DNA from: Okamejei kenojei
Lineage: Eukaryota
Length of the DNA stretch: 64,000 nucleotides
Direction: 5' to 3'
Assembly (NCBI GenBank): GCA_035221665.1
Contig: CM069143.1
Coordinates: 25,606,001 to 25,670,000, forward strand
A program made the translations under genes and the position numbers. This document shows, piece by piece, positions 24,041 to 37,454 of this stretch; the stretch's first letter is position 1; the number at the start of each line of letters is the position of its first letter. The notes beneath the pieces are model-generated. The model saw only the letters and a program-made list of their open reading frames with translations, was not told where the DNA came from and made no database searches.

Positions 24041-26074
24041 TCTGTAGCGTCTCTACTCCCAGACGCCATAATGTGAGCGTACGCAATAGAAATGCATCTT
24101 CTAGCGAGCTACAGTTTCCTCAGCACTTTTGTCTTTTAGTGGGACAAGCAGCTTCTGCAGCCTTGTGTCTGCTATGCTTGTTTATAAGATAATGTGCATA
24201 GTCATGTATACTCGCGTGGAATAAATTTAACATGACTAACAGATTATGCAGTTGGGCAGGACATTTACAAGACAGGAGTCTTTTCAGGAACGCGGGAATT
24301 GATCTGATGATAGCCAGATGAAAAAATTGAACCAAGTGGCTAGTACTTGTTATTCACCTCCAACACACCGGGAGTCCCCTCTCAGCAAGCAACAAGAGAG
24401 ACTGTGGGCTGATTGTATCCGATCAATCCATATAATGTTTCCTACAATGGAACCCGACTTCAGTCAGACAAACCCCCATGGGGAAGAATTTCGGACAATT
24501 AATAGCAAGGAGGCTAGAAAGAATTACAGAACTCAAATGGATGACAGGTTAAATGCTAGGTTTTCATCACCGTGATTGATGAAGAAGCTCATGAGGGTGG
24601 TTGGTTTCTTCGCTGTTCATATGGGACAGGATGAGGTTGAAGAGCCTCTGGTGTTTTCCCTTGAACATAGAAGCATAGAACATTATGCGGCGCGCAGAAC
24701 TGGCCCGATCGAGCCACAATATGCTCTTCCAAACAATGATGTTAATTACATTAAATCTCACCTGCTGCCCATGATCCTTCTATTCCGCATATCCTGTGTC
24801 GTTCTAAAAGCCTCATATTCTATCTGTCCTCCATCAATGCCCGACAAGTGCAGTCCCTGGCGCTCAATACTCTCTCTCTAATAAACTTCCTTCCCCCGTG
24901 CATCTCCTTTATAATTTGAGCAGTCTACCGCATATCTCATGTGATGTCTCAAGTTAAAAAAATATATATTATCACAAATGTAATTTATATGAACGAAACT
25001 AAGAAATATCTGAGTAGATGATTTATAGACCATGAAATCGTATCTAATAAATCCCTCAGAACATAATCAAGAGATCCTTCACTGCCCTCTGCAAGCTCCT
25101 CAACCCACTCAATAATGTTCTAAATTACCGATCAGAAAAAATGCATTTCTTTGCCAAGGTACACAGCGTTTAAATCATTTTCAATTACTCAATAAAGATT
25201 GCGAGCCTGTTGTGTATATTAAATTTATGCAGCATTTAAACACATTTGTATTTCAGTATTATAGAAAAGGGAAATTTAATCAAGTAAAAAAAAATCAAAT
25301 GGGATAGATGATGATAGCCATAATTGTAAAAAGTCAGTATTTCTTTATGATATATTGCGTTGAAATTTCTTGCACATTAGTTTTTTGTCTCTCTCCATAA
25401 TAGCTGAAAGTGATGCATCTAGTACATTTCAGTTGAACTGGAAGTTTCAGAGTAGCATAACAGTTCTTCACAAAGTTGTCACCAATGTGCCTTCAGTCCT
25501 CAACACCACCGGTCAAGTTATCAACGTATAAACCCAGAACATCTCTTGTGGAGGAGTTTCCCATGAAGTATCTGCAAGACTTTCTCTACAGTTAGAGCAT
25601 TAACGGGAATGATAACTTCTCCCTGTCATCAAATCTATGTTTCTTCCGAGCCATTTAAATGTCTACAGTTATTGTGCTTCGGCAATGAAAGATTTATTTC
25701 ACTCCTCATTGGCACTCTAGTTATTTCCCCTTATAACCTACCGCATGTCGTGTTGTCTTCAAGGTGACTCACTTTGACTTTCTAACCACCTCATGATCAG
25801 TTCTTACATGAAGCAACAATAAAAGTACGCGCATTTTAAAGTATCGTGTGTAGGTCTGGTTCCTCCTACAAGAAGGAGCGGAGGATTTGGAGAGGTCAGA
25901 GAAGGTCTACCAGAATGATCCCTGGATCAGAGGTTATAGCAGTAAATAAGAGATTGGACAAACTTGGCTTGTTTTCTCTGAGCTTTTGAAGGCTGAGTAG
26001 AGGCCTAATAAAGGTAGAGACAATTATTGAGTGGCATAGACAGGAACATATAATCTATGTTTCTATCTTTAATT

Positions 26075-26770
26075 CTACATGTACCACGCCATCCTTTCTA
26101 GCAAATGACAATAAATACCAACGTATAAAATCACAGCTGGTGAATGAGTGCAGTGGAGGGGCGGCATTAGAATAAATTAGACATAAAAGAATAGAGACCT
26201 TGGGGGATAGAGCGGCAGAGCGAGATACACCGGCATTGGAGATGAAGCATGACCCTGTATCTGGAGGAATACCTCCCACCACGCTCTTGATGGCGAAAAC
26301 CACAAGGATTCTAACAGTACGAGTAGGGGGGCCAGTAGGACTGGCACCCGACTCACACTGTTAAAAACGCATGTTCTTCATGCATCACCAGACCCCAGCG
26401 AGCATTAGAGATCAATCTTAAAATCTCAATGGATGCCTTGAACTGAGTAATGACAAAAGCAGCCACATGGGCTGGAGCACATCATAAGGCCAAGCTGTCA
26501 GAGGACTTTGCGGAGTAAACGTGGAACCAGGTTACTCAAGGCGAAGACTACAGGCTGGTCCATGTTGCATCAACCCTGGCTGTCCCACATTGGAAACTGC
26601 GTTGGCCACAGTGTCCATGCAATAAAATCATGGTGGAATCTTTGAAACCCAGAGGGATGAATTCTTACGTGGGAACACCCCTGGTCTTCATGTTAGAACA
26701 CTCCCTCACATTCACCTTGGAACGTCCAGTTGACACACCGATGCAGCCACCTACACCGGACATCTAAATC
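26075..26770 (+). mobile_element. Possible highly degenerate Tx1/L1-clade LINE C-terminal fragment
   Basis: Fragmentary plus-strand translations LELSNDK..MGW, AVRG and PCCINPGCPTLETA resemble the Tx1 zinc-knuckle region. Weak. Confidence 0.3.
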
Positions 26771-26839
26771 GTAAAAAGTCCTCAGCCTCAATTAATAAGA
26801 ATATGTGATAAACTTGCCCGAGAGACCTTTTCGTCTACT

Positions 26840-27565
26840 GAGACATAGAAGTCGTACACATGAAGCAGACCGGTCGGCTCACTCCCCATGCCGACCAAGA
26901 TGCTCCATCAAAAGCTATCCTGTTTGCATGATTTTTAGAACCCATATTCACTTTAAACTATTCTTTCCATGTACCACGCATCTATCTTTTAAATACGGTT
27001 TATGGTACCGAGTAGGCACCTCACTGCACCCTCAGCACTGGGTTCCAGAGTACCTTTATCTATTTCATCTAGGCGAAAACGTTTCACTCAATTCCTATTT
27101 AAAGTCGTTCCCCCCCTCACCTTAAACCCATGCTCTCAACGTGTTGATCCCTCTAACCATGGGTATCATGACTGTGCATTCGTGTTATTTACTCCCCTCG
27201 AGGTTTAGTACAGCGCATCGACAAGATTACCCCTCACACAGCCTCCAGGCATTCCAAAGAAGTAAAGTGTTAATCCTTACCCAACCCCTCTTATAGCCCA
27301 CTCTTTCTAGTTCTGGCAACCGCCCTGTAAATCTTTTCTGCTCTCTTTCCATCTTAATGACTACCTTCCTTTAGCAGGGTGACCAAAACTGTAGCCTCGC
27401 CACTTCTTGAACATTTGTAGCAGGATGACCAACAAATGAAGCCTCGCCACTTCTTCATCAACCGTAACACAACATTCCAACTTCTGCATTCAATACCCCG
27501 ACTGATAAAGGCTAATGTAGCAAAATCCTGTTAGCAGCCTGTGGGGTGTGTCGCCACTTTCATGG
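26840..27565 (-). mobile_element. Degenerate CR1 3' fragment
   Basis: CCCCCTCACCTTAAACCCATGCTCTC, GGCAACCGCCCTGTAAATCTTTTCTG and GGTGACCAAAACTG match CR1 reverse-complement motifs seen elsewhere in the window. Confidence 0.6.
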
Positions 27566-27584
27566 AACTAAAATCTAATGTCTG

Positions 27585-27780
27585 ACCGATAGTGGAGGGC
27601 TCCCTCAATACCACCCCTCCGAAAATGAAAGCGCCTCCATTAGTGCAGCACACCCTCATTAACACCACACACCTCATTAGAACCAAAGATCTTTGATTAG
27701 AACAGCGTTTCCTTAGTACTGCCCCACCGACAGTGGCGCTCCGTCAGTCCTGCCCTCCCACAGTGCGGCGCGCCCTCATT
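27585..27780. repeat. Degenerate ~32-bp tandem repeat
   Basis: Units resembling CCCTCCGACAGTGCAGCGCTCCCTCAGTACTG. Confidence 0.6.
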
Positions 27781-29409
27781 TCTTCAGATTTACACCCGCA
27801 CTTCATTTATCATCATTCACCTGAAATGGATGAAATGTTGCAACCAAAGTGCATTGAAAGTAATTTTCCCTCCGTCCAAAATACTTTGAGCTGAGATTTT
27901 AATTCTCTGCCGGTTCAAAAGTTCCAATTATGCCTTCGCACATTTTAAACGTGTTCGTCCAAATCAAAATTATTGTGGGCCGGTGGGCCTGTTCTTATAC
28001 TGTATTCTTCTGTGGCGTGATGTTCTAGGTTTTCTCTCATCCACAGATGCTGCACTGCCAGTGGGAATTTCCTGGTTAGAGAACTTGTGAATTGTTATTT
28101 AAATAACGAACTCCAGCCTAGACCTCTTTCCCTGACCTGAGCCGTCGACCAGCTATTATTTTACCGAATTTTCCCCCCGGGGCCCAACTTTAGTCAATCT
28201 GAAAATGGCAGCGGGCAGCCCAAAGAAAGAAACCAACTGCCTCAAACAGTAAAAGTTCACATTTTATGGACAATTGCAGTCCATATTAATCCCTCTTTCA
28301 TTCCCCCCAGCCCACATATTTTTTGGGTTGCGTTAATGTCACCCGAGGAGATTACCAATGCACCACCTCGCCTTTGGGTCCGTCCGTTTTGGTTCATGAC
28401 CGTGTCGGCACGTAAAAACGGAACGATTATTGCGAATTAGAAGACAACACGGACAAAACTGTGACGCCGTGGGAACACTCACACCGGCTAAAATTGTATC
28501 GAGAAAATTAAGCATCCCCTGAAAAACTAGGCCAGAAGCTGAAGGAACAACACCTTGTATTCTCCGCTTAGGTAACTTGTCAACCCAACGGAATAGATAT
28601 CGTATCCTCCCGAAATTTAGGTAACTACATATACCATCCTTCCCTCCCCACATCTTCTCCCGCCCCTCCCTCCGACATCATTCCCGAAAGCTCCCTGTGG
28701 CCCCTCCCTGGTCTCCTAATATTTCTTCCGCTCCGCCGCCTCCGCAGAGCGCGCGCCTACATTCATTACTCCAGCTTCTGAATTCGCAACTCATCAATTC
28801 TGTATTGTCTCACTCACACATATCCCTCCTTTTTTTTAATCTGTGATATCTGGTCCAACATCTTGTCTATCAAAAGCCATCGGTACACCTGAATCCAACC
28901 AATTCATAGGGAAGATTTTCACTAAAATCTTGCTTCCCCCCCAAATGGAGATACCCACGGTGCTGCAGGGGGGGGGAGAGATGTTGGATTTCCCAGCAGT
29001 CTCGCGTGACGACCCTTTGGTGACCTGTAGCTGGTGGTGTTCTAACACCTTGGGTAGTCTCAACCCGTCCCCCATCTTGGAAGCGATGACCCGGGGTTTG
29101 GGAAATGGTGACCGGGTTTGTAACCGGTGACTCCTGGTTTGGGAAGCGTTTATCTGGGATTGGAACCGGTGATCTTGCGTTTGGAGGAGTAACCATTGGA
29201 ATAGTTCAAACTGTAGTGTGATACTTTGAACATTTTAGTCCCGTTTAAGAGTTTGTGGCACATCGATCATTTTCTTGGCGCCAGTTTTTATTTGGTTGTC
29301 TATGGTTTCATCTACGTTTAAGGTCACGTTGAGAAACATTAACAAAATATAGATGTGATTTCAATAAAAGTCTGGGAGATTTTTTTCTTTGAAGGGACTG
29401 ATGTATTTC

Positions 29410-29575
29410 TGTGCAAAACGATGTACTTTGTGGGTCTGGCAGCATCTGTGGACGGAAAGGACAGATGACGATTCAGGTCGAGATCCTTCAGACTCGACTC
29501 CACAGATGCTGCCTGGCCCGTTGAGTTCCTCCTGTGCCGCGTCATCTGTTCCAGATGCCAGCACCTGCAGTTCAG
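29410..29575. mobile_element. Inverted pair of Penelope-derived hammerhead-element fragments
   Basis: GGCAGCATCTGTGGA...GACGATTCAGGTCGAGATCCTTCAGACT (minus) followed by TCCACAGATGCTGCCTGGCCCGTTGAGTTCCTCC (plus). Confidence 0.65.
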
Positions 29576-30024
29576 TGATTTATTTCCGTGTTCTGATGAG
29601 CTATTTGGGATCTTAGTGAATGGGAGGGGAATGGGGTGACATTCAATGTCGTTGAAGTCAGTGATGGTTTTGGTCATTATAATCTCTTCCTGTTCCACAT
29701 ACATGGATTAACTCCATGAAACCCAACTGACAGCATCTCTAATGCCCCCCCCCCCCCCCCTCTCCCTTTTTTTTTCTGAGGGCGATGAGAAGGAAGACAG
29801 TATTTAAGGAATCCCTTTTGTATTTCAGCTAGTTCCCGTTGTTGAGGAAATATTAAGATGGAAGCAGGGTAGGCTATTCGGCCCCTCAAACCTTTCCGGA
29901 CATATCACTTTGATCACAGTGGACCGTCCCGGCGCCTCAGAGCGACGTGAGGAAGGAAGCTAAAGCAGGAACTCGCCGCTCACTGTCTACATGTGTGGTT
30001 AGAAACATCGGTCGTGGGGAAACT

Positions 30025-31090
30025 GCTAGAGTCAGTTATTAAAGATGGGATAGCAGTACATTTGGAAAGTGGTGAATTAGACAAAGTCAGCATGGATTTA
30101 CGAAAGGCAAATCATGTCTGACGAATTGAATGCAACATCTCCAAGTTTGCGGATGGCACTAAGCTGGGGGATAGTGTTAGGTGTGAGGAGGATGCTAGGA
30201 GGCTGCAAGATGACTTGGATAGGCTGGGTGAGTAGGAAAATGCATGGCAATACAGTATAAATGTGGATAAATGTATTTCCACTTTGGTGGCAAAAACAAG
30301 GAGGTAATAACTATTATCTTAATGGTGCAAATTAGGAAAAGGAGATGCAACGAGACCTGGGTTTCATGGTACACCAATCATTTGAAAGTAGGCATGCAGT
30401 GCAGCAGCATGCAGGCTGTGAAAGAAAGCAAATGGTATGTTAGCATTCATAGCGAAAGGATTTGAGTATAGGAGCAGCAGGTTCTGCGCAGTTTTGTACA
30501 AGGTTTTTTTGTGAGACCACACCTGGAGTATTTCGTACAGTTGTGGTCTCCAAATCTGAGGAAAGACCATTCTTTTGCCATAGAGGGGGTACAGAGAAGG
30601 TTCACCAGAACTGCTTCATGGGATGTCAGACTTTTCATATGAGGAAAGGACTGGATAGACTTTTGGCTTGGTACTCCGCTAGAATTTAAGAAGACCGAGG
30701 GATCTTATAGAAAACGTAATACAATTCTTAAGGGGTTGGATAGGCTAGAATGCAGGAAGATTGTTCCCGATGTTGGTGAGGGTCCAGAACAAGGGGTCAC
30801 AGTCCGAAGGATAAGGGGGAAATTTCCTTTAGACCGAGAAGAGAAAACATTTTTCACACAGAGAGTGGTGAATCTTCTGGAATTATCTGCAACAGAAGGT
30901 AGTTGAGGCCAGTTCATTGGCTATATTTAAAGGGAGTTTAATGTGGCCCTTTGTGACTAAAGGGAACAGGGGTATGGAGAGAAGGCAGGTACAGAATACT
31001 GAGTTGGATGATCAGCCATGATCATATTGAATGGCGGTGCAGGCTCGAAGGGCCGAATGGCCTACTCCTGCACCTATTTTCTATTTTGGT
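30025..31090 (+). mobile_element. CR1/HER1-type LINE RT 3' fragment
   Basis: SQHGFTKGKSCLTN, ISKFADGTKLG, LQDDLDRL, VRPHLEY, FFTQRVVN motifs across many indels; 3' end GGCCGAATGGCCTACTCCTGCACCTATTTTCTAT. Confidence 0.88.
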
Positions 31091-33477
31091 TTTTTTTTTT
31101 TCTTCTATGTTAGTGGCAACCGGGAAATATGTAGAGACACCTTCCCCGGCAACAATCCTGGTGGGAACTCATTGCTTAACAATGATAATCAGTATTTCTG
31201 AACATATCGAAGTTTTATTTCAAGATTCTTTGAAAACAAAGTTGTGTGGTTGTGGGTGGATTCGCGGCAGCGCCATCAGACAAGGATTCCTCCTTCAGTC
31301 CAGAACACGCACTGTCAGTTATCTGTCTCCTTTGCCGGTCTGTGACAAGGAACGTGCACGTGTAGAAGCAGGCGAGCGCCAGAGAGGGTCTCATCTGCAT
31401 TATTTATTAAGATGAAATCGAGCACTTCGATACTAATTGCAAATAAGTGAGGAAGCGTTTGGCGGATAATTGGTGCAATGAAGTTGGTCCCAAACGGAGT
31501 GAGCGAGTCAAAGGTCCCGTGGGGAGATGGCGGTGGCGGCTGGGGGTGGCGGGATGGTGCACGGGCGGCACGGAGACCACAGCTGTGTCTCTTTGAGTAA
31601 CTAATGACTTTTGTTAGAAACCTGAGGACGTGCCGTTCTGAGTCGCGCAAGTCATCAAACGCTGGGCTGCGGCAGATTGGAGCAACGCGTCTATTAACTC
31701 CAAGCCATTCGCTTTCCAAATCCACGCCGCCCCCAACCCCCCCAGCCCCCCAGCCCCGCTCGCTCTGGAAAACAGTCGCCAGATCCCAGTTCCCAACTTT
31801 CCCTGTGGCATGGTTCGGAACTGGCCGCGCACTGAGGGAGCAGATCCAACAAAATACTGATAGGGGAAAGGGAGTGCTGGTGGAACGGAGAAAATAAATC
31901 GCAGACCAGGCGCTTAGAGTATCCGCAGCTTGCACACGCAGCAGGCACAACAAATAGCGCAGCCTCGCCCGCGAGAAACAGCCCTCCCTACTTTGATGTT
32001 GAGGGTAAATTGTTCCCAGTTCTTGCCTGAAAAGAGGCATTCGTTGCGATCCCACAAGTCGCATCCCTCATTTTTCATTGCCATCTAAGAATGATTTGAC
32101 TTCAATATGGGCTCCCACGCCAGGTCTGTTGAGACAATAGATCACGGAATTGGGTTGTTGGTCTTGATCAATACATGATGCGATGCAGACTACAACTGGG
32201 TCTAACATAATGTAGGGGGAATTGCTTTTGAGTTTTTTTCTATCTGCCAATCCTTAATTCCTCTCGAGAACGTGATTGCGAGATATCTTCTGAACCGCTG
32301 CAGTCTTTCTGGTGAAGGTGCTCTACGTTGCTATTGGGTGCGGAGTTCCGGGGATTAGACCCAGTGATGATGAAGTATCTGCTATATATTTCTAGTTCAT
32401 TATGATGTGTAACTAGAAGCGGAGTCTATAGACGGCGGTGCTGCCTTGCCCCCCGAGTCACCGGCCTTTGGCAGCAACAGATGTGGCTTGAGAAGATGTT
32501 GATGGAGTGCTTGTTTTGGCGGGAACGTCACAGGATTATTCTTGAGATTAGGCCAGACATGTAATACTATGATGTTTAGCAGGGGACTGTGGGTGCAAAC
32601 TATCTTAATGCATCGTGTAGTTTCTAAAATACCTTGGCAGTAGTTACTCCTCAGTCAGCAGATTAGCTGTTCTTTGCACGTTGCTGCTTGACATTCCAAG
32701 GCTTGCCTGGTGGAACTGCGCTAAATTTTGAACTATTTCCAACCAACAAAATATCAATAAGCAAAGGTGCGGGATTTTTTTGTCAGAAATTAGCAGTGAA
32801 TTTACACTTTAATTTGAATCACATGTTCACAGCGATGCAGCAAAGAGGCTATTCAGGAAATGCCACCCCTTGAACTGAGTTCTCCCGTCGCAACGCACCC
32901 GCTCCACTCTTTCCCAATGGCCAATTGCTTCCCCTTCAATGATTAGTTTTTCAATTTCCCTTTAGAAATTCCTTCTGAATTTGGTGCCAGTGTCTTATCG
33001 CAGCACTCACTCTGTGGGAAACATGACTGTGTGTCCCATCTGAAGTATTGTGCACAGTTTGATTAGTTTACATCACATCTGTGATTCCATTCCAAACATG
33101 CATCGCTAGTTCGGAAGCTTCCCGAACACCCTCAAACACTAACGATTTGAAAGTACGTGAATCTTTCCTCCTCTAAAATATTGATTTAGTACTTTAACTT
33201 CCACTGATCTACATAGACTGCTTTAAATAATCCAAATCAGTATCTAAATGATGTGTTCACGGGGCATGGTGCAAGGAAGATCTTCTGGTTAAGATATGTG
33301 TTTCAACTGACAAAGGAAATACAACCTACGTTGATCACATCCATGGACCTGTGCAGAGGCAGAACGAGGACGCTTTTCACATTGAAATTCTGCAATTGAT
33401 ATCGGGATATTATTGTCACGTATACCGAGGTGCAGTGCGTGTTGGTTCTGAGTGTTATCCAGGCTGATCTTAGGATA

Positions 33478-33702
33478 GGTAGACACAAATGCTGGAGAAA
33501 CTCAGCAGGTGCAGCAGCATCTATGGAGCGAAGGAAATAGGCTGAAGCTGTCTCCGGAGGGAGGAGGATAACTTCTTCAAAGTAGGCATTCCTTGAGGAG
33601 ATTTCGCAGTGGAATAGACAAAGTGTTTAAGAAGGAACTGCAGATGCTGAAAAATTGAAACTGTCTCCGGAGGGAGGAGGAGAACTTCTTCAAAGTAGGC
33701 AT
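33478..33702 (-). mobile_element. Rearranged Penelope pseudo-LTR / ORF-start fragment with 42-bp direct repeat
   Basis: 33548-33589 and 33661-33702 are identical except one base. Interleaved with GAAGGAACTGCAGATGCTG and GCTGGAGAAACTCAGC segments shared with the 1739-1965 insert. Confidence 0.7.
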
Positions 33703-33714
33703 CCGATACATGAG

Positions 33715-34100
33715 TGCAGGAGAAGAAAAGAAACAGAGTTCACAATATAACTGCTCCAGTGGAATTGCAGATAAAAAAGTGCAGGGACCATAAAGATGTC
33801 GACTGGGAGATCGTAAATACACCCTTAACATATTGGAGTTCCTTTCAAGAGTCTGATAACGGAGGGGAAGAAGCTGTTCTTGCATCTGGGGGCGTTGGTG
33901 GTCTTGTTATGATTATGTAGGCTGCTCTCCTGAGCATCCTAAAGTGTAGCTGTCGGAGATAGGGGATGGGGGGGGGGGGGGGGGGGGATGACTGGGCTCA
34001 GGCCCTGACTCTGCAATATGTTGCGTTCTTGGACATAGCAATGTATTGCCATACACAGCTATGGTGCATCCCGAAAGCATGCTTTCAATGGTGGGTAGAA
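33715..34100 (-). mobile_element. Rex1-like LINE 3' fragment
   Basis: Minus strand gives IESMLSGCTIAVYGN and ...RCKNSFFPSVIRLLKG. Confidence 0.6.
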
Positions 34101-34524
34101 GGAACTGGTTGACCAGCATGGCTCTGGCAGCTACTAACCACACTACGATTGGCGTGGGCAGCCTTAAAACCAGTCAACGCTGTACTTCCTCAGAAACGGA
34201 CATATCAAGGGATTCACAATGCCACCTGTCTCCGTCGATTTACCCTTTTAAAGATGAGCTTAATAAACGGAAGCCACAGTTTCAGTTTTCCGATTTAAAT
34301 GTTTCAAGCCACGTCACAAAAGCGGGTCAGGCAGCTTCTTTGGAGAACATGGGATGGGTGACGACGGGAGGGGGAGGGGGGGGGGGGGGAAGTGCTGGAA
34401 TTTGTTTCCGCAAGTCGTGTTGCAAGTTGACGTTCAGCAGCTTCTGTTTACTTTACTTGAACATGTCACCTCGACACATGTTGATAGTACATCGCTCTCT
34501 AGATCCAAATAGATTTACTGTTCA

Positions 34525-34797
34525 ACTGTCTTTAGACTTCAGAGATACACAGTGAGGAAACAGCTCCTTCGGCCCCCCGAGTACGCGTCGACCAGCGATC
34601 ACTGCGCACACAAGCACTATCCTACAGACTGCCCCACAGACTTACAAACCTGTACATCTTTGAGTGTGGGAGGAAGCCACGGGATCACAGGGAGAACATA
34701 CAAACTCCGTACAGACAGCACCCGTAGTCGAGATCGAACCCGGGTCTCTGGCGCTGTAAGGCAGCAACTCTACTGCTGCGCCACCGTGCCGCCCTAA
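34525..34797 (-). mobile_element. tRNA-derived SINE (HE1/V-SINE-like)
   Basis: Reverse complement of the 19915 element: GGGCGGCACGGTGGCGCAGCAGTAGAG...GGTTCGATC head with A and B boxes. Confidence 0.8.
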
Positions 34798-35914
34798 AGC
34801 TTACATTGGCAGGTCTGTGCATGAAATGATTCATCCATCTGCAGTTAGAAGATAAGTGGGTTGTCGACAACAATCCTTGAAAATTGTCGAATGGGTAATA
34901 TGTTCTCACTCACATACCATGTGTCCCTCAGAGAGCTGGGTTTGATTTATGGAATCTAAAATGGTAGAATAAGACAATAACACATCGACCAGAATCCTGA
35001 CATTCGTTAACCAAGTGAAATATCTCATGGTATTTGCAGGGATGTACGTATTCATTAATAGAATACAAGCCACTAAAGAAGACGTTAGCGCAGATTTTTT
35101 TTAAAGTTAGCAAAGAAAGTGAACTCAAGCAAGCTAGTTGCCCTGTGGATGTGGAGAGACCGGCAGGCTGAGGAAGGGATTTCCAAAGCTCTGGCATTTA
35201 AAACCGCTGCAGATAGTTACAGATGATTCAGTGCTGACTATGGAGGATGTACATCATTGGAAGCGTGCTGTCGCAACCGTAGTCACTCAATATTGAGTTC
35301 AAGGATTTCACTGATTGTAAACTCGTGGCACGGCACGCAATGGGGGAGCACTAACGGTTGTGGACCCGGCGCTATAGCAGTGATGACATGCGCGCATCAC
35401 TGGCTGGAGCCAGGTTGCAACCATCTAGCTCGGCGCCGATGCTTGCTGCCTCCATGAGATTCCAACGCTGAAAATGTCAATGTTTAAGAATCCAGATATA
35501 GCATAGTGCAGGGCTTTTGAACTGTCCGAAGAGGCTCTTAAAATGGTAGAAATAAAATCGCGGAAAGATTTATACATCAGAATAAGAACGTTGCAGAATC
35601 GGGAATCCGTTTGGGCGAATGGGATTTATCCCGAGGCGCGAGAGACTGCAGATGCTGAAATCTGGAGCAAAGGTACATAGAGCTACTGGAGGAACAGACA
35701 ATGAACCAGACCGCATCTGTGGATAAAATAATCAGCATCTCAGATCCTTACCCTCATCTCCATCTCACCGTTCACCATCCCGCCCTGTGTTGTTTCCATC
35801 TTTTACCACCCATCTTTATAGGTTACACTCTTCACCCTCACTTCTTCACTGATTTCAGAATATATCATATATGATATATGTTTTTATGTGACTGCATCTA
35901 CTGCCCGACGGGAA

Positions 35915-36008
<94 letters not shown>
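35915..36008. repeat. 94-nt poly-G run inside a Rex1-like fragment
   Basis: Homopolymer; the flanks (35885-36205) translate on the minus strand as Rex1-like KLQRVVD...GHS.P...LPVG. Confidence 0.85.
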
Positions 36009-36009
<1 letters not shown>

Positions 36010-36218
36010 GCGGAATGACCGAGGTGTGAGTGGCCCTTGAGTTGTGAGCAGCGTGGGGTGTAGATGGAATCGCTGGATGTGAAGGGTGGAGGGTGTGCGG
36101 TGGGAGGAAAGATGAATTCCGGTCTGTGTGACTGAGTTACATCCACAACTCTCTGCAATTTCATGCGGTCTTGAGCAGAGCTGTTCCCAAACCAAGCTGA
36201 GTTGCAGCCCGGTGGTAA

Positions 36219-36621
36219 AGGCCTGTCCCACTTTTACGAGTTATTCACGAATCCTCTCGATCGTCAAACTCGCATAATGCTCGTAACGAGTCCGTAGGAG
36301 GTCGTAGGAGTTCGTAGATATATCGTAGCGGCCCGTTATGCTAGCCGTAGGTACTCGTGGCATCAGGTAAGTCGGGGCGTTTTTTCCAGCCTGATAAAAT
36401 AATGTCCACGAGTAAAAAAATGGTCGGGATGAAAGAAATTGCAACTTTTTACTCGTAAGGAGGGCATCGAACAGTCGTGGGAATTCGTAGACATACTCGT
36501 GGAGTTCGTGGACATAGTCTGGAAGGTCGCAGGAGTTCGTAGATTACCACGATCTTGATTTTTTTAGGTTCTTTTAAACTCGGTAGAGGTTTTGAATTAA
36601 GTCGTGAAAGTGGGACAACCC
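36219..36621. mobile_element. Non-autonomous DNA transposon (PIF/Harbinger-like MITE)
   Basis: TIRs GGCCTGTCCCACTTTTACGA and TCGTGAAAGTGGGACAACCC; preceded by TAA; interior rich in short (C/T)TCGTAG repeats; no ORF. Confidence 0.65.
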
Positions 36622-37454
36622 AACCCCCGAGTATGCTGCACAGGTCGAGGCTTTCTTGGCCGTGACTTCAATGTGCATGGCCCGAGTATCAATTACAGGG
36701 AATCACCTCCCAGCCTCTGTCACTTTCTCCACCATTCCCTCCCCCACCTGACTGTTATCTGATCACCTCCTCACCAATATCATCGTTTGCTTACTAGCTC
36801 AACCGCTACCCCCTCTTCCCTGACTATTTATATTGGCTAACTGCACTTCACTTTTTCAGCTCCGATTAAGGAACCCGACCAGAAACATTTTCCTCCACAG
36901 ATGTTACCAGACCTGCTGAGTTCCTCCAGCAGATTGTTGCTGTAATCTAACCTGTCTCTTTCGTGTCTTAGTTCCGGTGAAGGATCATGACCTGAAACAT
37001 TGACTCTGTACAGATGCTGCTCCACGACCTGAGTGTTTCCAGCGTCTTCTGTTTTGTTTCAGATTTTCCAATTTCCAATTCCAATTTGCATTCGTTTAAT
37101 TCCACTGTTCACCATCAGGTAACGGCTTTGGTCCTCTCTGGACTGTACATCACACTCATCGGTGGAATGTTTCCTGGCGTTCACTTAAACTCTCACCGAA
37201 TCCGCCGGTCCTCCGTGCACGGACAGTCGCTGAAGGTTCAAATCAACCGGCCTGGAAACGGCATCTTCAAAGTTGGATTCCAAAATACCCAACAGTTTAA
37301 ACTATTAAACGTCTTATTAATTTATTGTATTTTTTGATTATTGTCTATTTATTCGTTCGTTGTGCATTGAGTTAATGGGCATATGAACTGCAACAAGTAA
37401 GAATTCCATTGTTCCGTTGTTGGGACGTAAAGCAATTAACCCCTCTAGACTCTT

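Noticed and set aside
28330-29330. Cluster of short ORFs with internal CACCGGTT repeats
   Set aside because: Best explained as garbled Penelope and CR1 endonuclease remnants; no coherent gene.
31315-32064. 249-aa minus-strand ORF
   Set aside because: No domain similarity recognised, non-ATG start, lies in GC-rich probably regulatory DNA.
35884-36231. Poly-proline ORFs
   Set aside because: Translation of a 94-nt G homopolymer inside a LINE remnant; the run length may also be a sequencing artefact.
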